DNA of 64,000 nucleotides from Candidatus Harrisonbacteria bacterium (GCA_023245035.1 JAHFLD010000003.1:55736-119735), one strand, 5' to 3'; shown: positions 1 through 10,260, counted from the first letter of the stretch. Program-made: numbers and translations. The notes: generated by a model from the sequence alone, not told the origin.

Positions 1-2
1 GC

Positions 3-206
3 GTGAGTAGTGTGACGGCAACTAAGGCGACTTGTGAGTTGGGCAAGGATTTTGATCAGCGCTCCCATTGCGTAATCGGGGCGGTCAAGGATTTTATTTC
101 TTATTTTCACTCGGATAGCCAGGCATTGCAGTTGTGCGCGGCACTCAATCCCGAGGTTCAAGAGACTTGTCGCGCTACGACCGTGGCCTACGCCAAGATT
201 CTTTGA
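3..206 (+). CDS. 3' end of a hypothetical protein (runs in from the window edge)
   Basis: Open frame from the window start to TGA at 204-206, followed by a hairpin; no recognisable motif. Confidence 0.4.
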   Translation: MSSVTATKATCELGKDFDQRSHCVIGAVKDFISYFHSDSQALQLCAALNPEVQETCRATTVAYAKIL

Positions 207-223
207 GCCGCTTTTGATCGCAT

Positions 224-245
224 AAAAACACCCGCGAGGCGGGTG
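224..245 (-). terminator. Intrinsic terminator (possibly bidirectional)
   Basis: AAAAA-CACCCGC gag GCGGGTG hairpin between two convergent ORFs. Confidence 0.6.
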
Positions 246-383
246 CTAGTGGTAAATAGCGTAAACAACGATGGAGGCGATAACGCAGGCAAAGATAAGG
301 AATATGTAGAAGGTGTTCAGGAGAGTTTCGCGATTACCGAGAATGCGGTCCAGAATGTTTTCCTTGCTTGGGCGGCGAGACAT
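246..383 (-). CDS. 45-aa small single-pass membrane protein, not in the ORF track
   Basis: Hand translation MSRRPSKENILDRILGNRETLLNTFYIFLIFACVIASIVVYAIYH; AAAGGAG SD upstream; hairpin + U-run right after the stop. Confidence 0.65.
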   Translation of the reverse strand: MSRRPSKENILDRILGNRETLLNTFYIFLIFACVIASIVVYAIYH

Positions 384-472
384 ACGAATCTCCTTTCGAG
401 ATAGAACAGGAAGGAACTGTTTTTGAGTTTGCTCCAGTAGGGATTTTTTGGCAAGAGTTTTGCTTGATTATT

Positions 473-2176
473 TTAGGGGGTGAAGCGATAAACGCGAAAG
501 ACCACGGAATTGTTTTGGTTTTTGAGACTGGCATAAGGACTGCGATTTAGATCCAAATATGCGGCGAAGTTTTTTCCTTCGTTGCTCACACTATTCAACT
601 TAAGGGGCAGGCCTGGTTTGGGCAGGACGAAATAGGCCATTTTAAAACCACCGGCGGAAAAATAGTTTTTGCCATTTTGGGCCAGGATAGTTTGATAATT
701 TGATAGTTTAAGTACCGGCCAGGCTCGGTAGACCTGCAGACGATCCAGATACCAGAGTTGAGCAAAACTTTGCAGGTTGTCGTCGTAGACGATCATCCGC
801 GGGGCGAGTTTGTATTTTGCGGAGCGATTTTGCTTCAGGGTTTTCTTTTGAAGCTCGTCTAGAAATTTATAGCGCGGTTCTAAAGTCAGCGCCGGGGTCA
901 GATTTTTGAGTTCGTGTTCAAAATACTTTTCCAGCACCTGATAGCCGTAGGCGCGAGTCTCTTCGACGGTGGCGGCATAGGTCCAGGGGATGATGCCGCG
1001 AGGCAAGGAGACGTGATTAGTGTTTATGGAGTAGAGAAGTTCCATCGCGATGATTGATAGAAAAAAACCGAGAATGATTTTTTGGGTTTTTGGTTTGGCG
1101 CCGTTTATAAAACCGGCAATGGCGAGACCGATGACAAGTGCCATCGGGGGAGTGAGTATTGTTAAGAAGCGATAAGATGGGCCGATTAAGACAATAAGCA
1201 GAGTTAGAAATATCAGGGACAAAAACAAGAGAGGATTTGTGGGAGCGAATGGGTGACTTAATGAGTTTCTTTTTTTTAAGGTGGCAGAAATGAGCCAACC
1301 GAGACTGCCGAAGAATAAGATTAAAAAAATCGGCGAGTTGGTTAGAAAAAGTCGAGTCGGGAAAACGGCGAGACGATAGAGGAGGCTGCCGATTTCTTTG
1401 CCGGGGGTTTCGCTCCAGACTTGCGGGTGTTGGCCAAAAATATAGGACAGTTGAAAATCAAAATGACCGACCGTGCGATAGAGCATTAAGTTATAAATAA
1501 TTACGGGACTCGTGATTATGACTGTAAGCACAAGACTTTGCCAAAAAAAGCGAGATCTAAAAAGTTTTCGGTTGTAGATCGCAAGATAAACAAGGCAAAT
1601 CGGAATTAAGACAGCCGTGGTGTATTTGGTTAGCAGTCCAAGGCCAAGGCTTGCGCCGACAAGCAATAAAAAACGCGGATTTTTTCCGCTCCGCAGGAGA
1701 CCGTAGAGAGTGAGCAGGATGAAAAAAATAACATAAGATTCTTGCAGGCCGATGCGGGAGATGTATATATGATTGGTGTTCACCGCCAAAAATACAGCGG
1801 CGAGGAGACCAGTAGCCCTACCCATGATTTGCCGGCCGAGAAGGTAGATGAGATAAATTGAAGCGATGCCGAAGACGGCCGAGGGGAGGCGGAAGGCCCA
1901 AGTTGTTTGACCGAACGCGGACAGGAAGAGGTGCTGGATTATAAAAACGAGCGGCGGATGGTCGTGAAATGAAAGTTTGGTCCACCATGGAATGTTGCCG
2001 TCAAGCCATTCAAGCGGGGTGGTTTGTTTTGGCGCTTCGTCGAAATCAATCAGTTCCACGGAGCGAAAAGCGAGGAGGGATTCATCACCCAAGACATCGC
2101 CCTGATTCAGGCGATAAACGCGCAGGAATGAGCCAAGAAGAAGAATCAGAATTAAAACCAAATATTTAAACCGCAT
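473..2176 (-). CDS. GT-C (ArnT/PMT, GT39/83-like) membrane glycosyltransferase
   Basis: DE motif after the first TM, DHPPL, 'AFRLPSAVFG', 'GLGLLTKYT', many TM helices. Confidence 0.85.
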   Translation of the reverse strand: MRFKYLVLILILLLGSFLRVYRLNQGDVLGDESLLAFRSVELIDFDEAPKQTTPLEWLDGNIPWWTKLSFHDHPPLVFIIQHLFLSAFGQTTWAFRLPSAVFGIASIYLIYLLGRQIMGRATGLLAAVFLAVNTNHIYISRIGLQESYVIFFILLTLYGLLRSGKNPRFLLLVGASLGLGLLTKYTTAVLIPICLVYLAIYNRKLFRSRFFWQSLVLTVIITSPVIIYNLMLYRTVGHFDFQLSYIFGQHPQVWSETPGKEIGSLLYRLAVFPTRLFLTNSPIFLILFFGSLGWLISATLKKRNSLSHPFAPTNPLLFLSLIFLTLLIVLIGPSYRFLTILTPPMALVIGLAIAGFINGAKPKTQKIILGFFLSIIAMELLYSINTNHVSLPRGIIPWTYAATVEETRAYGYQVLEKYFEHELKNLTPALTLEPRYKFLDELQKKTLKQNRSAKYKLAPRMIVYDDNLQSFAQLWYLDRLQVYRAWPVLKLSNYQTILAQNGKNYFSAGGFKMAYFVLPKPGLPLKLNSVSNEGKNFAAYLDLNRSPYASLKNQNNSVVFRVYRFTP

Positions 2177-2246
2177 GGCGTTGTTACGGATTTTGAATTA
2201 ATCATAGCTTATATAAAAACCCCTCGGTGAGGAGGGGTTGGACTTG

Positions 2247-2888
2247 CTAGGCGACTAAATGGTCGGCGCGGGTTTTGATTTGGACTTGCACTTCGGCGAT
2301 CGGCGGCCCGCCGTCGATGCGGGCAAATCGGTGGCGATCTTTGTAGAGATCAAAGTAAGCCTTGAATCCTTCACGCACTTTTTCGTGAAAGGAGAGATCT
2401 TTGCCTTCAAACCGGTCACGCTTGCCGTTTACGCGATTCCGTTCCAGACCGATTCGGGGATCGATATCAATCCAGAAGGTGAAATCCGGAGTGAGGCCTC
2501 CCCGGGCGAATTTTTCCATTTCCATAAATTCGCTAGGCGTACAGGCTTCGCCGGTAAAACATTGGTAGGCGAATGTGCTGGCGGTGAATCGATCGCAGAT
2601 AACGATGTTTCCTTCTTCGAGCGCGGGTCGGATGACTCGTTCTACGTGATCTGTTCGGTCAGCGAGAAAGAGCAGCAGTTCCGTTCGCGGCAACATGGTC
2701 TCGTGATGCCTTGGATCCAGTAAAACATTCCGAATGTCGGTGCCAATGTTGGGCGTTCCACCCGGTTCCCGGGTGAGTACTACCGGATGTCCTTGACTGC
2801 GCAGATGTTGTGCCAGTAGTTTGGCCTGTCCGCTCTTGCCACTGCCTTCACCGCCCTCGAAGACGATGAAGGTTCCCTTTTTCTTCAT
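2247..2888 (-). CDS. tmk: Thymidylate kinase
   Basis: FIVFEGGEGSGKS P-loop, TREPGG, LFLADR, CDRF..ST.AYQ, PD motif. Confidence 0.95.
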   Translation of the reverse strand: MKKKGTFIVFEGGEGSGKSGQAKLLAQHLRSQGHPVVLTREPGGTPNIGTDIRNVLLDPRHHETMLPRTELLLFLADRTDHVERVIRPALEEGNIVICDRFTASTFAYQCFTGEACTPSEFMEMEKFARGGLTPDFTFWIDIDPRIGLERNRVNGKRDRFEGKDLSFHEKVREGFKAYFDLYKDRHRFARIDGGPPIAEVQVQIKTRADHLVA

Positions 2889-3011
2889 CTGACACTCCTT
2901 TTAAAATGAGCTTTTAAAAAACTGTTTTAAGTATAACAAAAACCGAGGGATTTTCCAGCGATGTTTTTATTTTGGATCCAAAGCGAGGTTAATTCTGATG
3001 CTAATCAATTT

Positions 3012-3085
3012 TGGTGGACCTAGCCGGGATCGAACCGGCGCCTCGGCAATGCGAATGCCGCGTAATACCACTTTACTATAGGCCC
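3012..3085 (-). tRNA. tRNA-Ala(CGC)
   Basis: Cloverleaf GGGCCTA/TAGGTCC-ACCA, G3:U70 pair, anticodon loop TTCGCAT, TTCGA T-loop. Confidence 0.93.
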
Positions 3086-3207
3086 GAAGCGAGGAGCGAA
3101 GCGAAGGCGTTAGTTTGCACTTCGTCCGAGCTAGGGAGATATATCGCTAGATATAGGCCCTATCGCAACCTAAAAATCCTAATCGTTTTTAACCGTAAAG
3201 ACAAATT

Positions 3208-3804
3208 CTATTTCATTCCCCTCAAGAGTTCACTCGTTGGTTCTTGAGGTGGACGCCATTCGCGAATTTCCAAATTGTGAAAACCTTCGTCGGCTGTCGG
3301 CTCTTCAAACAACTGAACCATTTTAAGAAATGTTCCTTCATTAAATGCTTCTTGGTTAAAACTACCTTCGCGTTTTTTGGAGGCGTAATCTTCGCGGGCG
3401 CGGCGGATGATTTCTTCGATCGGGGTTTTAAGGTAGACGGCGTCAACTTCTATTCCTTCATTTTTTAATCGCAACACACCCTCACGAGTTTGGCGTTGCA
3501 GGTTGGTTCCATCATAGAAAATGTTGTTAGTGTCTTTTGTTCTCACGACTTCCGCGAGTTTGCGGTTAAGCATGGTTGTGGCCAGTTCATTGCGGGCCGC
3601 AAAAAGTTCTTTGGCTTGATCTGGTTTGGAGTGGCGTTCCTTAATCAAGGCGTCCGCTTGTTTGAATTCTTCACTGGCGATGATTTCCGCAAGTAAGTTA
3701 TCGCGGCTGATAACACCATAACCTCGCGCGGCATATTCTTGAGCTAGGGTAGACTTGCCGGAGAAGGGGAGGCCGATAGACATTGTCAGATGTTTGACGG
3801 GCAT
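3208..3804 (-). CDS. P-loop kinase (AAA_33 / polynucleotide-kinase-like)
   Basis: GLPFSGKST Walker A, 'YDGTN', C-terminal 'FEEPTADEGF'; start set at ATG 3804. Confidence 0.8.
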   Translation of the reverse strand: MPVKHLTMSIGLPFSGKSTLAQEYAARGYGVISRDNLLAEIIASEEFKQADALIKERHSKPDQAKELFAARNELATTMLNRKLAEVVRTKDTNNIFYDGTNLQRQTREGVLRLKNEGIEVDAVYLKTPIEEIIRRAREDYASKKREGSFNQEAFNEGTFLKMVQLFEEPTADEGFHNLEIREWRPPQEPTSELLRGMK

Positions 3805-4236
3805 AGATTTACCATAGCACGTGGCTGGTTTGAGTAGAAAATATTTTTTACTCACAAGCGAGATCTTTGATTGATCTTCTATATATGAAGTTGAATGTGG
3901 TGGATAGATCCGGTCTGTGGGTCATCATTTTTGCGATAAAAAAAAGGGCGCAACGGGGAGCGTTGCGCCAAATACGGGTGAGGATATTAAGTTGTGTGGC
4001 AGGTCTAGGACATGCCGCTTTCCGGTTGTGGCCGGATTTGCCGATCTATTCTGCTTTCGATGAGCTGTTTCTATTTTAACGCCTTCAAGTTTTCCGTCAA
4101 TGCGAGTTATCCACATAGATCATAAAATGATATATCTGGCGAATGGTATACTGGTCAGATGTAAGCGCGTGCAGAAGGGCTTGCACCAAAGGTCGAAGGG
4201 AGTGAATGTTAGTAATTATTTAGTCTATAAAAAAAT

Positions 4237-4923
4237 ATGTTAGTTCAAAGTTGGGTTGATGTGTTGGTTGGTTCGCTTCAGGGATTGTATATTCAGGTGA
4301 TTAGTTTTTTGCCGTCGCTTCTCGGGGCCTTGGTGATTTTTGTCATCGGACTCGTGGTGGCTTACGGTTTGGAAAAGCTCGTGGAGCAAATCATCTACCA
4401 CTTGAAACTGGACAGCTTTTTGAAGCGGTTGGGTTTGGGGGTCTATTTTGAGCGCGCCAATTTGGAACTTAATGCCGGGCATTTTTTTGGAAAGCTCGTG
4501 TATTGGTTTATTTTGGTGGCATTCCTTTTGGCCTCATCCGACATTTTGGGTTTTTTCGCTCTTTCCGACTTCTTGAAGCAAGTCCTCGCGTACATCCCCA
4601 ATGTGGTGATTGCGGCGATGATTCTGCTCGCCTCGTTCGTGGTGGCTAAGTTCTTGCGCGGTTTGGTGCGCGCTTCGGTTTTGAGCGCGCGACTTCACGC
4701 GGCTAAGAGTCTTGGTACCGTGGCGTGGTGGGGAGTCATCGTTTTTGGATTTTTGTCGGCGCTCATCGAGCTTGGTGTGGCGGTGCCAATCATTCAAACT
4801 TTGATCACCGGTTTGGTGGCGATGCTCGCCTTGGCCGGAGGTTTGGCTTTCGGTTTGGGCGGCCGCGAACAAGCGGCGAATTTCTTGGAGAAGGTTCACG
4901 AAGAAATTCATCACAAGGAATAG
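4237..4923 (+). CDS. CmpX-like TM-helix-repeat protein (mechanosensitive-channel associated)
   Basis: Two 'LPSLLGALVIFVIG / IPNVVIAAMIL' repeats, C-terminal 'LALAGGLAFGLGGRE'. Confidence 0.85.
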   Translation: MLVQSWVDVLVGSLQGLYIQVISFLPSLLGALVIFVIGLVVAYGLEKLVEQIIYHLKLDSFLKRLGLGVYFERANLELNAGHFFGKLVYWFILVAFLLASSDILGFFALSDFLKQVLAYIPNVVIAAMILLASFVVAKFLRGLVRASVLSARLHAAKSLGTVAWWGVIVFGFLSALIELGVAVPIIQTLITGLVAMLALAGGLAFGLGGREQAANFLEKVHEEIHHKE

Positions 4924-5179
4924 TTTTTTTTAAGCAGTGAAAAATTAAAAAACCGCCAGTTTCGTTTTTCTCTGTGAGGGAGAGCGGCGAAACAAGGGGC
5001 GGTTTTTTAATTTGGTGGGCGGACGAGGTGCCGGTTGCTGAGGGGACCGATACATCATCTGGCGCCTTTCTGTATTTTAAAACCCTGGAGAGTGGGGAAA
5101 GGTTACGCGTATTACGAATGTACGAATCTGTACGAAAATACGAATAATAAATCCTTGAATTTAAGAGAATTCTGTTCTA

Positions 5180-5238
5180 TTGACGGAAGAACTGCCATAT
5201 TTTATAATGCTTTTGTGTTCGTTCGGGTTCTTTGAAAA
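5180..5238 (+). promoter_or_regulatory. Sigma70 promoter plus boxA-like element
   Basis: TTGACG-17-TATAAT (5180-5208), then GTTCTTTGAAAA at 5227-5238. Confidence 0.65.
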
Positions 5239-5265
5239 TGTTCTCCATGTTGAAAAGGGGATTGT

Positions 5266-5892
5266 ATGAAGAAGTCTTTGCGTTCTTCCGATAGCAAGCT
5301 TCCTACGAAAGAACGATTAGCGATTATCGAGGGGATGATTCTTTGCGCTTGCAGGCCACAGTGGCTTTCTATCTCTTCGCGTCCACTATCTGTCCCGGGT
5401 GGTTATGGGTGTCAATCTTGTGGTGAGAGATTTGAATTTGATGCGCGTTTACATTCGCGTCGATTTCGCGCTAAAAGCCGTGTTTCGATGTCATTATCAA
5501 GTTCGACATCATATTCGCCTAGCGAGTTAGAAAAATTAATGAAAGAGGTAGAAACTGTCATAGAGTTAATGAAGCGGGATAAAGAGATGACCAGGGCGAG
5601 ATTTGACAGGCATAATTGTGATGTGGGACCTATGCATTCTTTGAGCTTGTTGAAAAAGCATGGGGTGACCATGGCCCTGATTGATGCGTTAGTGCTCGAG
5701 GTTGGAAGTGAAGATAACCCGCCGACTACTAGTGGCGGAGGGGCGATAAACTGTAATCTTTGCCGAGCGGGCGCGGAAAGGCCAGCTTGGATGGCGGTTG
5801 GCTATTACCCTCCCATTCGTCACAGAGAGACTTGTCCAATTTCTTTGCTCACTAGATTTTTTCCCGAGAAAATTCGAACACGATGTAGTTAG
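5266..5892 (+). CDS. Hypothetical Cys-rich (possibly Zn-binding) protein
   Basis: 208-aa ORF with promoter, GGGG SD and downstream hairpin; CxC, CxxC, CxxC and HxxxC motifs. Confidence 0.55.
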   Translation: MKKSLRSSDSKLPTKERLAIIEGMILCACRPQWLSISSRPLSVPGGYGCQSCGERFEFDARLHSRRFRAKSRVSMSLSSSTSYSPSELEKLMKEVETVIELMKRDKEMTRARFDRHNCDVGPMHSLSLLKKHGVTMALIDALVLEVGSEDNPPTTSGGGAINCNLCRAGAERPAWMAVGYYPPIRHRETCPISLLTRFFPEKIRTRCS

Positions 5893-6034
5893 AGGATTTT
5901 GGTAAATTCCGTGGAGAGTTTTTCCGATTTACTTGCCCACTGATTGTGGGCATTTTTATTATTTCCCCGTCTAGCGTATCTATTGCTTGTGAGCCTATTG
6001 GCATAATGTGATTAGGCGCTATAATTTGTTTATT

Positions 6035-6122
6035 GAGCGTGAGATTTTAGGGTTATATGAGGTGGGGCCTTCCAAGAAGGTCCAAGCACTGCATCCCAAC
6101 AAAATCCCGCGCTCTTTTTTTT
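6035..6122 (+). ncRNA. Candidate small rod-shaped ncRNA
   Basis: TTGGCA-16-TATAAT promoter (5998-6025); ends pair (GAGCGTGAGATTTT/AAAATCCCGCGCTC); T8 run follows. Confidence 0.4.
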
Positions 6123-6179
6123 CATCTCTTGGGCGTAGAGACTGTTTCGGTCTATGCCCACAGGGGAGTTGCGAGGGTG

Positions 6180-6207
6180 TTGACATGCTTTTTGATCTGG
6201 CTATACT
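6180..6207 (+). promoter_or_regulatory. Likely promoter of the 23S-5S transcript
   Basis: TTGACA-16-TATACT about 350 nt upstream of the 23S. Confidence 0.65.
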
Positions 6208-6829
6208 TACTTTTACCTAATGAAGATTTTGCGACATACCAGGTGCGGCTCCTGACGTCTGTCTTTTGTTCTCTTCGAGAACTAGCCGCCCGCGAGGCGG
6301 TTTTTCATTAGGGCAATGCGAATGACGCGAAAAGGTTTACGAAATCATTTTTCTGCCTCATACTTCGTGACTCATATATAGGAAGTTCTGCGCTATCTGG
6401 ACTGGAGGATCTCGAGAACAGATAGTGCGGCGCTTAGTCGCACAATTTAAAAACGACTGAACTTTGATAATTTTAGATTGGGTCTTTTGTGTTTTGAAGA
6501 AGAGAGTGATTATATCCGATGCTTTAGTCGGCATCTGGATGATCAATTTGGGATTTGTGGTTAAACGCGCCCGGGATTTATTCCGGGTGTTAAGGGCGTA
6601 TGGTGGATGCCTAGACACAAAGTAGCGATGAAGGACGTGGCGTGGCTGCGATAAGCTTCGGGGAGGTGCTTAGCAACCTTTGATCCGGAGATTTCCGAAT
6701 GGGAAAACCCAATGCGGTAAACCCGCATTACTTCGACCTTGAGTCGAAGTGCTTACCCGCTGAAGTGAAACATCTCAGTAGGCGGAGGAAAAGAAAACAA
6801 TGCCGTTGTGGAACAACGGCGATTCCCTT

Positions 6830-6863
<34 letters not shown>

Positions 6864-6875
6864 TGGTTGTGCTTC

Positions 6876-6976
6876 GCACACTATCAACGAATAGCGAATA
6901 AAAAACCGAATGTACGAATGGATTAAATCCTCATTCGTAAATTCGCAATAGATTCGTAATTCGCTGATGAGCGTGC
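6876..6976 (+). repeat. 101-nt CGAAT/ATTCG hairpin element, copy 1 (23S domain I variable helix)
   Basis: Identical to 7474-7574 and 1 nt different from 8108-8208. Confidence 0.95.
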
Positions 6977-7236
6977 GGAGCGTAGCTGGGGGTTGTAAGG
7001 TAGAGACTTCTTGCTCATCGCCCAGTTCTTGAATAGTCGAGGACTTGGCGATCCGCAGGAAAAGAGTAAAAAATTCGCTAGTTAGCCGAGGCCGTTGGAA
7101 AGCGGCGCCAGAGCGGGTGATAGCCCCGTAGGCGAAAACATGCGAACTCTTGTTTCTATTCTTGAGTACCTCGAGGCAAACAAACCTTGAGGGAATCCGG
7201 GAGTACTATCTCCTAAGGCTGAATATACTTTGTGAT

Positions 7237-7267
<31 letters not shown>

Positions 7268-7473
7268 AAAAAGAACCCCGGAAGGGGAGTGAAATAGAAC
7301 CTGAAACCATATGCTTACAAGGAAGTGGAGCCCAATCTCGTAGCAATACGAGCCGGGTGACGCTGTGCCTATTGAAGAATGAGCCAACGACTTATTCTGT
7401 ACTGCTCATCTAAGCCATCTCTGATGGTGAAGGTAAAGCGAAAGCGAGTCTTAATAGGGCGATGTCGTGCTTC

Positions 7474-7574
7474 GCACACTATCAACGAATAGCGAATAAA
7501 AAACCGAATGTACGAATGGATTAAATCCTCATTCGTAAATTCGCAATAGATTCGTAATTCGCTGATGAGCGTGC
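7474..7574 (+). repeat. 101-nt hairpin element, copy 2 (about E. coli 23S nt 655)
   Basis: Lies between GAGTCTTAATAGGGCG and ..TAGACCCGAA; identical to copy 1. Confidence 0.95.
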
Positions 7575-8107
7575 GGGGCACGCACAAGCAGTACGGGATA
7601 GACCCGAAGCCAGACGAGCTTACCCTGGGCAGGATGAAGTCCCGAGAAATCGGGATGGAGGTCCGAACTGGTGGGTTGTGCAAAACCCTCGGATGACCTG
7701 GGGTAGGGAGTGAAAAGCTAATCGAGTTTGGTAATAGCTGGTTCTCTCCGAAATAGTTTTAGGACTAGCGCTTCGTAAAAAGTCGTGAGGGGTAGAGCTA
7801 CTGGTTCGGGGGTATAGGGCGAAAGCTCGACCTTCGAGTCAAACTCCGAATACTCACGATTACGCGAAGTAGTCAGTACGTGGGGGCCAAGCTCCATGTA
7901 CGCAAGGGGAACAGCCCAGATCGCAGTCTAAGGTCCCTAAATTCTTACTAAGTGTTAAAGGTAGTCATCACCCATAGACAGATAGGAGGTTGGCTTAGAG
8001 GTAGCCATCCTTTAAAGAGTGTGTAACAACTCACTATTCGACGGTTGGTGGCGCCAAAAATGTACCGGGGCTAAGTAAGATACCGAAGACGCGGGTGTGT
8101 GTGCGTA

Positions 8108-8208
8108 GCACACTATCAACGAATAGCGAATAAAAAACCGAATGTACGAATGGATTAAATCCTCATTCGTAAATTCGGAATAGATTCGTAATTCGCTGAT
8201 GAGCGTGC
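8108..8208 (+). repeat. 101-nt hairpin element, copy 3 (helix 45 region)
   Basis: Lies between ACCGAAGACGCGG and CGGTAGGAGAGC; one C>G change versus copies 1 and 2. Confidence 0.95.
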
Positions 8209-8968
8209 TACGCGTACACGCGGTAGGAGAGCATTTCTAGTGCGCTGAAGCGTGAGCCGCGAGGCCGCGTGGAGCGCTAGGAAGAGAGAATGTTGGTATG
8301 AGTAACCACATTTCCTATGAGAAATAGGAACCCCGAAAATCCAAGGTTTCCGTGGCAATGACAATCAACCACGGGTTAGGCGATCCTAAGGCGATGGTGA
8401 AAACCGCAGCTGACGGGAAGCCGGTTAATATTCCGGCCCATGCATATTTGTGCGATGGAGTGACGGAGGAAAAAAGATTGAGCGCCTTAATGGTTTGGCG
8501 TCGGGCGTGTTAAGGGACGTACCCCTGGAAAATCCGGAGTACTGTGTTTAATCACGAGTTCCGCGCACGTACGTAAGGTGAAGTTTTTACTTCGCTAATT
8601 CAATCGAAGAGCCTTCCGAGAAAAACTTCTAAGTTTAGAATATGGATTTCGTACCGTAAACCGACACAGGTGGATAGGGCGAGTAGCCCAAGGGGAACGA
8701 GTGATTCTTCGTTAAGGAACTCGGCAAAAAAGCGGCCGTAAGTTAGCGATAAGGCCTGCCCTTCGCAAGAAGGGCCGCAGCGAAAGTATCTCTGGCGACT
8801 GTTTACCAAAAACACAGCTCCCTGCTAACTCGCAAGAGGATGTATAGGGGGTGACGCCTGACCGATGCGAGAAGGTCAACGGTGGCTGTGCCAGGTAGTT
8901 TACTCTGTCTGGTGCGGACTGCCCGAAGCCCTCGTCAATGTCAGCGATAACTATAATCGTTCTAAGGT

Positions 8969-9167
8969 TCTGTATTGGATTTCGATCTAATGCAGAAGGA
9001 TTGGGACGATTATGGTCTGGTAAAAAGTTTAATATTACATTGGTGCAAAATATAGCTACCTCATCATGCAGTAATGCGTGAATGATCCTACGCGACTCCA
9101 AGAGACTATACGTCGTGCCCCCGTAATTCGGGGTGAAGATATAGTCCTTCGCATAAAGGAAGTGAAG
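8969..9167 (+). mobile_element. Compact ORF-less group I intron at 23S position ~1931
   Basis: Splits CTAAGGT^AGCG; exon ends in U, intron ends in G; GAGACTATACG and GAAGATATAGTCC P7 elements. Confidence 0.85.
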
Positions 9168-9828
9168 AGCGCAATTCCTTTTCGGGTAAGTTCCGAAGCG
9201 CACGAATGGCGTAACGACTGGAGAACTGTCTCAACGAAGAGCTCGGTGAAAATGCGATACCCGTGAAGACGCGGGTTACCTGCAGCAAGACGAAAAGACC
9301 CCGGAAGCTTTACTGTAGCTTGGTATTGTCTTTAGGATTTATATGCGTAGTGTAGTGGCGAGGATTTGAAGCGTTGATTTCGGTTGACGTGGATCCGACA
9401 ATGAAACAGCCATCTTATGAATTTTAAAGTCTAACCCCGGCGGAAAAAACGCCGCGGGACAGTGCCTGGTGGGCAGTTTTAATGGGGCGTTATCCTCCAA
9501 AAAAGTAACGGAGGAGTTTATTAAGGTTGGCTTAGCCCGGATGGAAATCGGGCCGGACGTGTAAATGCACAAGCCAGCTTAACGGCAAGACCTACAAGTC
9601 GCGCCGGTGCGAAAGCAGAAATTAGTGACCCGACCACTCGTCATAGAAGGGTGGAAGACAACGGATAAAAGTTACTCCGGGGATAACAGGCTAGTCTCCT
9701 CCGAGCGTCCACAGCGACGAGGAGGATCGGCACCTCGATGTCGGCTCGCCCTAGCGCGGGGGTGGAGAAGCTCCCAAGCGTGTGGCTGTTCGCCACTTAA
9801 AAGGGCACGTGAGCTGGGTTCAAACCGT

Positions 9829-10143
9829 TGATGTGCTAATTACACGCCATAGAAGCGTGAATTTATTGGCGCATGAGCGGTTTGAGTCCAGATCCACACA
9901 TCGATTATTGTTTTAGTCTTTTCGTTTCTGAAAAAGTATAGTCATCAATCAAATCACGGCGGTCTTAAGAAGTAATTTTTAAGAACCCAGTTAACTTATT
10001 TCGGTGAAACCCAATGTGGGCAATACCGAGGGAATTCTTTGCGAAGCAAAGATGCCCGTAGAGACTACACGTTAACCCCCTAAATCGCGTAAGCGATCGG
10101 GTGAAGATATAGTCCAATGCACGCAGTAATGCGTGGAAACATG
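9829..10143 (+). mobile_element. ORF-less group I intron at 23S position ~2593
   Basis: Splits AAACCGT^CGTGAGACAG; TTCGGTGAAACCC..GGGCAATACCGAG (P4/P5), GAGACTACACG and GAAGATATAGTCC (P7), terminal G. Confidence 0.92.
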
Positions 10144-10260
10144 CGTGAGACAGGTTGGTCTCTATCTGTTGTAGGCGTTAAACACTTGAAGGGAGTCGAC
10201 CCTAGTACGAGAGGACCGGGTTGAACGAACCGCTGGTCGGCCGGCTTTGGTACCAACTGA

